Source: a virus (lineage: Duplodnaviria > Caudoviricetes). From it: 63,394 bases of DNA. Below, piece after piece: positions 48,401 through 57,400 of the stretch (the first letter of the stretch is position 1; each line of letters begins with the position of its first letter). The notes under the pieces are model-generated. The model made no database searches, was not told the DNA's origin, and was given only the letters and a program-made list of their open reading frames with translations. The stretch covers positions 1 through 63,394 of the IMG/VR virus record IMGVR_UViG_3300030060_002858, one strand, 5' to 3'. A program made the translations under genes and the position numbers.

Positions 48401-51400
48401 TATCTATAGATCAGAAACATTAAAAGATATTCAACAGTTTAATGCTATTCAATTACAACAAACAGGGCTAAGAGAAAAGAAAGAGCAAGAGTCTGTATTA
48501 AATGCTAGAAGGGCTTTATTCAATGAGTTCATTGCAGAAAAAGAAGCTAGTGGCGAAGATATTACGATGGAAGAATTTTTAAACTTTTTACATCCTTATT
48601 CAGAACAAGCTCAAACAGAAGCAGCGGCTATTGAACGAGATGCTAGCAAAGGAAAAGAAACTCTTACCATTGAAGAAGCGAAAAGAATTGAAGGCAAGGA
48701 ATATCAATCTGTAAAAGATCAACTTAAGTATTTGTCTATTGGTAAACTTTCCGGAATTAATAAGGGTGGTAGGTTTAAATATGTTCGGGGTAATTGGGAA
48801 CACCAGCATAGTGATTCTGATATTCTAGGAACATCTTATGATCCTGAGTTTGTTCTTAATGAATCAAACTACGGTAAAGAATTAGATACTGATGTAGTAT
48901 TTACCAGAGATTTAAGATCCGATCTAGAAGCTTGGATTGAACTAGAGCAAAAGATTTTAGCTATTGCAAGTCATACAGATCCATCTAAAGGTATTGCTGC
49001 TTGGAGAATTCACGCTGCATTGCCTCCTTACTTTAGAGATTTCTTGGGATTAGGTCCTTATGTGGTGTTTGGTAGAGGAAATATCCTTGGTGCTGAAAAC
49101 TCTGCTTTGATGCCTACTGAAGCTTTAGACCATAACTCGTTAGACCTTACCGATGAAAAAAGTATATCAGAACTTCAAAGATATCAACATCTATTAAGAT
49201 ACGATCCTCAAAAAATCTTGGCTATTATTAGAGCATGGAAAGACCGTGGACTAGCTAAAATTGATGGATGGGAAGCTAGAGAAACATCTTTTATTTTAGA
49301 CGAGCTTTCAAAAGAAATGCAAAACGAAGGAGACCCTAACTCTGCTGCTAACTTATTCTATACTCAAAAACTTTTAGAAAGAGTTCACAATCAATCTAGA
49401 GCTATTAATATGGCGAACTGGACAAAACGCCAAGGAGAAGGTGGCGGTTATATTATAGCCGTTGATCCAGATACTGGATTCCCTACGGAGTTTACCAACA
49501 GTGCTGGAACTTATAAAAGAGAAGCTCTATACCACGCAAAAGAAAGACTACAGTTTCTATTTGGCACCAGAAGATTTACAGAGCTACAACAAGTAGCTAA
49601 ATCTCTAGGGTTACTAACAGAAATTAGTCGAACAAAAGAAGACGGAAGAACAGAAATTATTATACGAGATAGAGAAGGCAATGTAAGAGCAGATGTAGTT
49701 GAGTATCTTACAGAACAAATTGGAGAGCAAACTGATATTAACATTACTGATTTAGGAAATGGTAACGAAGACTATGCATCAGCTCAAATCGCAGGCTACG
49801 GTATAGTAGACTTTATGAGTCAAAAACCAATGCCAGCTGTCCAACAAAGAAGTGTTGTTCTAGATAAAGATGGTAATACTGTTCCTACTGAAAGCAATGA
49901 AGATAGTGAAACCGCTTCTTTACCTACTGATATCCGCCTTCCTCAAGAAGGAGAAACAAACGCAGCTATGCCCATTCCTGTAATGAAACTAGCTGAGTTA
50001 ATTCAAAACTTTAAGGCTAGAGAAAGAATGCGGTATATCTTAAGTAAGGATACTTTTACGGACGCAGAAAGAGCTGCCTATAAAGAATGGGTAGAAGCTA
50101 AATGGTCTGATGTTTTAGCTGGAATGGATCCTGATCCTACCGGAGAAAACGCACAGATCTTTGTAGTTCCCCAAATAGTAGGCGGATCTCTACATGAAGC
50201 TGTAATGTCCCGAGCCGAGGCAAAAGAATTCTTACTAGAACTTATGTTAGATATCCCAAGAAACGCAGAAGCATTTATTCACGACCAAGTTACAAGAAAA
50301 CGCGGAAGTGCTTTAATGTTTAACGAGGGTCAGGGAGAGAAGGAAATTAATGTTTTAGACAAAGAAGGAAACATTGTAACAAAGAAAATTAAAGACCTCA
50401 ATGTTGAGGGTGGTCTTATGTTTGACCTCAGCCACGGGGATCACATGCTTGTTCCTCTAGGACGAATTGGTGAAATCATGGCAATTGAAGCAATGGGTCC
50501 ACAGTTTGCTGGGCTTACCGATATTGTAATAGACAAGGTTGTGCAATACTCAGATGCAGCAAGAAAAGAAGGAACACTAGATGAACTGCTAGCTTTTGAA
50601 AACTGGAGTGACAGAACAGCTAGCGGTGTATTTGAAATGAAACTACTTTCTTTAGCAGGAGATGCAGACTCTACTATTGAAATTGAAGTAGATGGTAAAA
50701 CTAAAAAAGTAAATGCACCTAAACTTTTAGATATGATTAGAGATGGAGTTATAGAACCGGGAACAAAAGCAGAGTCAGATTTTTATCTATCAACAGCAAT
50801 TATTGCGGCACCTTTATTTGCTATGGGTAAGAAAGGCGGACTACAAACTCTATTTGATGTTATTAATAAAAACGATATTCGTAGTGTAAAAGATCTTCAA
50901 GAAAAAGAAGCTGGTCTATCTGAAGGGGATAAAAAGAAGTTAAAACTATTGCGAGAAATATTTAAAGTTCCTGTTATGAGAAGAATTTATGGCGGATCTA
51001 AACCAAACTTTGATGTAGAATTTTCAGAGGGAGGCAAGGGATACGAGGCTTTAAAGAAAGCAGGCATGACTTCTGAAGAAGATATTGCTGCTCTTAAAAA
51101 AGTTTTATTCTCTGGAAACGGAGGAGCTACGCACATCTCTAAGACTATTCTTATTGACTATGCATTGGGAGTTAACGATAGAACTAAATATCTTGTACAA
51201 AAGTATTTGGGTATTGATCAAACCAGAAGCGTACCATTGTTAGACACATGGAAAGAATTAGTTAAACTAGATAATAAAGCCTTGTCTGCTGAGTTAGAAA
51301 GATCTCAAACCCACATCAGACTATTAGAAGATTCTTTAAGACAGAAATATGAGATTGATAATCCTGCTGACTTAACATTTGAACAATGGAAAAAAACAAA

Positions 51401-54400
51401 AGGATATAACAAGAGGTTTGAAAAAGCCAAGGCTTACCTAGAAGAACAAGAAAAAGCAAGTAATCCTATTCACCCCGGTACTGTAGCCTATGAAACATTT
51501 AAAAAAATACTTCAAACCACAGATCAACTAAGTGCTGAAAGTATTGGATACTTTAGAGCACTAAATATTCTTAACTCGCAAGAGTATAGGTTAAACGTAG
51601 ATCGACTACAGTTTGTAGCTCAAAGAGTATTGGGGTTAACAGACTTTAGTGTGCAAGACTTTATGGGATTTGAGCAGCACGCCTTGTATCAGCTTATGTT
51701 GCCCACAGCAACTTCAGGAAGAACATATCCGTTAAACACAACCGGACTAAATCCTTTAGGCATCTCTTTAGAAAGAGTAGCAAGAATGCAACCCTTTGTA
51801 AAGGATGGAGTTAGGTACAATGACTTTATTGATTATGTAGAAAGAAACCCCGGACTAGATGAAGCTGAGTTTAAAAAGGATCTAGAAGATTACCTAACCA
51901 ATCACGACGGAGCAGATGCTTTCGGTGCTTTTGATCTTGAAGATCCATCTCTTAGGAAGTTTGAAACTAGAGAAGAGGCTGAAGCTGCTCTTGAAGATCT
52001 AATGATTAAACAAGAGATGATGCTATGGTCTAGTTATGATAAGCCACCTAAGGAAGTATTTAAAGACTATACCGCAGAAGACAGTGATGAAGGATTCTTT
52101 AATAATCTTCTTACACAGTGGCATCAGCACTCAGAGCAAAGGCACTTGACGCTAAAAGAAGAAATAGCTTTCGAACAAGCCGAAGCAGATAGAATGATAG
52201 CAGACGGCAAGAGACCCACAGATAGTCCAGTTCTACAATTAAAAAATAAAGCTGGTGGGTTGGTCAATAAGAAACTAGTTGAAGCATCTGAAGGAGAGTT
52301 TAGATATCTTCCTTATCATGTTTCTGAAAGAAATCCTTCTTCGGTAATGATTCACACAGCAGGTCAAAGAGGACCACTATCTATGCGTCCTCGATTTAAA
52401 GAAAGACAGTACTATGATATGGGACTATTAAGTTTACAGAAGAGGCACGTTCAAGATAGGATTACTAAAGCAATGGGGCCTATTGAAACTATTAGAACAA
52501 ACGCAGATTCTCTAACAGAAGAAGATGCTATGATTAGCGGAGTTAACATAGGACACGCTCCAGCTTGGGATTCTAACAAACTGCCTCAGGTACTTCCTAC
52601 GCTTCCTAGAGCCATTGCCGCAGATCTTAGAACAGACATGGGTCAGAGAGCAGCTAAGATTTATTATGAAGTTTCTATCTGGGCTGAAGAAAGAGGACTC
52701 GCAGATAAACTAAAAGAAGATCCAGAAAACTTTGTACGTTTTTATATTATTAGAGAAATTGAAGAAGAGCGCAAGAGACAACTTAGAAGGACCAGAGAGA
52801 GTAATATTACAAATGAGAATGATATTATTGCAGCAAGAAATAAATGGATTGGAGGACTGCACGATATTAGTAGATACTCTAGAGATTTGAAAGATCCAGA
52901 AGGTAGGCGAGGTCTTCAATTGTTTACAGAAAGACAATCCTTTGCCGCTGTAAATCCAGCTGAAGAAGGCGAACTATACATGGATCTTCTAGTTAATGTA
53001 GCCGACGAAAACAATCCAGATGGTTTCTTGTTTACTAGAAGTCTTTTAGATGACGCATTTAAATTAGGGCCAGTACCTACGGGTGAAAGAATTATTATCA
53101 CGCCAGAAAATGTATCAGATGAAAAGACAATGGAAGAGATATTTGAATTTAAGGATCTTAACTTAGAATCTTGGGCAGTACAAAATGCTGACTTTAATAA
53201 ATTCTTAGCGGCTCAGTTATTTACAGAAGCAATCGGCAAAGCCATGCTAGAGTTTGAAGGCGGTAAGTATAAGAGTGTAGCGTTTACTCCAGATCAATGG
53301 GAATTTGCAATAGATCCAGAAGACCGCAAACCTTTAATTGCACTAGCAAAACAAATGGTCATGGAAATGCCTTCGTTTGAACTTACAGTAGGAATTGAAG
53401 AGTCGCTATACAACGACGATAGTAAGATTTCAACTTATAGGATGACCATTAACAGAGAAGGCGTTGCTCCTGAAAAAGGAAAGGAACGAGATAAGAAGGC
53501 CGTACCAACTCAACAAAGAAATGTGTTTGGGGCAGCAACGGGCTTTGGTATGCAGGTGATGACTAGAACTAAGTTAAAATCTAAAAAGGCAAAGCTTGCT
53601 CTTACACCAGAGCACAGAATGCAGTTATTCTCAATACTAGAAAACGCTCAAACCATGCAGGGAATTACTTTAAGCAATTGGTTAAATAAAGGATTAGGCG
53701 TGAAGTTAACAGAGGACGGTCAGATTGTTAGAGCGGTTCCTATCCAAGATAGAGTAGCAGATGCAATGGGCTATACTGCTCGTCCTATTAGAGACGCAGC
53801 TATTAACGAAGCTGAGGCCCTAAGAAGAGTTAGTTCGGTAGACGGTGAAAGTAGTGTTAGAATGATTGACGACCCTCTTACCAGCGTAAGGGGAGCTAGA
53901 GTTAATGTAGTAGATTTAGATTACTACGCTAGGGATAACTCTTCTTGGGGAGACGGGTCTATTAATACTGCTTGGCTTGAGTCTTACGTTAGTCCTATTA
54001 CTAAACTAATTCATATGCTAGATAGATCGGGAATTCAAGCCGGTAGTGAATTGGCAGATCTTAAGTTAGAACTACAGTCTTTAATTGCTTTAACAAGAGA
54101 ACAGGACAATATGTCTAGTGTTGTTGTAAGATTAATTGCATTAAAACTAGAAGATCCTTCTTTAGATTTTAGAAAAAATAAAATCAAAATGTTTTTTACA
54201 GACGCAGAAAGAAACGGAGATGACTTTAATACTGCTATTAACAAAGCTGACTCAATTATTTTAAAAATTAAAAAACACACATCAGACTATGGAGTTACTA
54301 GAAAACTTCCCGGATATTACGAAGCTAGGCAGTTTATCACAACTCAAGAATATAGTCCTGCTAACTTTGAAGAAACACTTCTTGCTTTTAAAAAGTATCT

Positions 54401-57400
54401 AGGAGATCCTACATTTGTTGGAACAGATGATCAACTAGAAGATGCACTTAGATTTGCTTTTAGAGATTTAGACGAAGAAAGATTAGATATTGACGAAGCT
54501 ATGAGTTTCTTTGGAGGAGAAAGAATTGCTTCAGAATCTTTAGAATTATTTACTAAAGGAACTGAAGAAGAGCTTTTAACATCACTAGGGCCAGCAATTG
54601 AAGACAATCCTGAGTTAGGATTAATGGTCAGAGGTCCAATAAGAAACTTAAATAAATTAATTAGAGAACAAAAAGTTCTTTCAGAAGAAGCTGGGGTAGC
54701 TATTAAGGCTATGCTATTTAGAGCAAATCAGTTAAATCCAGATATACTTCTAAATCTAAAGTTTGAATTTATTACAGAGCGATTAGAGGGAGTAGCCCAA
54801 GCAGAAAGAAAGGGAGATAATTTTACAATTAGACTAGGCTCTAACTTTAAAACTATTACAAAAGATAATCCTTTAACTGCAATTCAAATAGTTGCTCACG
54901 AACTAGCTCACGTTGCTAGGCTAAAATTTATTGCAGATAACTCTAGAGAATATAATGGGTTATTAGGACTTTGGCAAAGCGACGAAGGCAGGGACATGTT
55001 ACGAAAGGCTGTTCAAGCTTTTCATGGTGGAGTATTTACTTCTGAAGCTAAAAAAGAATATGAAAGATATTTAAATAATCCTGAAGAATTTATCGCAGGA
55101 TTTATGTCATACTTTCTTTTAGGAGACACAAATGTTGAGATTAGAGATTTAACTAAAAAACAAAAGGGAATGTTTAATGAGTTAACTTCTATTGTAAAAA
55201 GAATGATGACTTATGTTTCTAATATTTTAAACAATCTTCAAAATGCGTTTTACACTGGAAATGAAAAGTTTGATAAAGAGGTAAGAGCACTTGCTCTTCG
55301 AGTATGGGGACATGATGCAGCGACAGGAAAGCCTGCCCTAAGACAACTTGATTCTGGTCAAGTTGCAGATGCTACATATGGATGGAGTCAAAGATTTAAA
55401 GATACTAAAGAATTTGTAGTAGACCCTGATAAAGATTTACAAATAATTAAAGGACACAAAGAATTAGCTAGACTAAACTCAAAGGCTGAACTTACAGAAG
55501 AAGAAATTCTTACTAAACATAAAATCAATGACTTCTTATACGCAGAAGGTACTTATGCTCAAGAAAACTTTGGTTTGAATGGCCTATCACGCTCTGATTA
55601 TTTAGCAACTCTTCAACAGTTAAAAGAAAAATATCCATCTAAAAAACGAAGTGATTTAGAAAATGATTCTAGAAATAACGATGAATCTATTATTGATATA
55701 CGAGAGATACTTGCTCAAGGTACTAATAAAGAAAAGGCCACTGCTTTAGCTTACCTTATGGATGCTGTATCAAAAACATACGGAGATCCTATAGCTAAAG
55801 GTCTAGGTGCCATTGGAAACAGTATAGCAGATAGCATTCCTAATGTTAAGCAAGCAGCGGCAAAACAAGCATTATTTAACTTACTACTAGGTGATACCGG
55901 ATCGGGAGAAACATTTGGTGCTGAGTTCTTACTGCCTATTCTTATTACGCAAATGCTAGATGATAATATTGTTACTGCTACGGGTAATTATCTAAACACA
56001 GCAGGAACTCCTTCTGTTAGAACAAATATTCAAAAGCTAGAGACGTTCTCAACAAGTATTAGAACCAGTAAAAATCAAATTGCAGCTGCTCTTAGAGGTA
56101 TTACAGATGTAGCAAAGAGAACAGTATTTGAGTCGTTTGTTAGTGACACCGATAAAAAAGTTATGGCTAAGTTAGACAAACAGCTTATTACAAGTGTAAC
56201 TAAATTAAACGAAGGAGAGGCAGAGTTTACTTTCGATCTTTCAGAAGATGCATTAGGGGTAGCACTAAATGATAAACAAAAAGCAGTTATTCTAAAAGCT
56301 CTTGGAGAAATTAAAAATACGTTTACTCAAATGGCAGAAGATAATATTAGAGACGGAATATCTATTGGTGAATTTGGCGAAGGTTTTACGCAAGTAGTTC
56401 CATATCGTTTAGGCAATTCATTGCGTGCCGAAGATGTAAGAGCACCAGAGTTTAAAGATACAATGACTAGCTTAATTCAAAAAAGATTATCTCAAGGAAT
56501 AGAAAGCGGTCTTCTAGATGGAACAGTAATGGCTGCGGTAGGACTTATCCCGCACTTTGGAAATAACACAGCAGCAAGAGCAGATCTAGAAAGACTTAAT
56601 GCTCAGTATCCTCAATTGGTAGATGCTATTTTAGCCGAAGCAGTTAAACAAGAGGGAGATACTGAAAGACAAACTAAAGAAAAAGTTAACCTATTAAAAG
56701 CAAAACTAAATGATACCGCTAATGTAGATTCTTTTGTAGAGTTACAAGTAGGTACTGGGCGTTTCTTAAACAAACTTGCACAGGGAACAATCACTTTAGA
56801 TAGCATATTTACTAGGGCTAGTCAACGTATTGCTTTTGTAACAGAGTATAAGACTGCTGTAGAAAATGCTAACAAAAGATCAGCAGATGCTCGAAATAGA
56901 TTAGATGCTTTAACAAAAGAAAGTGGAGACATTCGCTCTAATACATTCTTTAGTCCTACCACAAAAGATACTCCTGTAGCAGCCTTTGATAGAGCAGCTG
57001 ATAACCCAATTGAATTTATTTTTAGAAACTTTCACAAGAGAGCTTCTAGGGGAGCGTACTATCCTAACGATAACTGGGCAATCCCTAGTGTAAGAGAAGC
57101 ACTAGAAGCTAATGAAGATATCCAAAAATATTTTGTAACAGACATGGCAGCATTAGCTGAAAATGCAAAACAAGGTCTATTTAATGATATTGCTGAAAAG
57201 AAAATGTTTAGAGAGTTCGGAGTACACGGAAACATTGAGCATGTATTAACTCTTATTAGTAGCGTAGCCTTTAGCGATTATTCAGTAATGGCTCCAGACG
57301 GAACGTCAATAGAAGGTCAACGAGTAAAACAAGTTGTAGAAGTATTAAGAAACAAACATAATGCTTTAAGAAATATTATTGAAAAACCAGAAGGAACTAA

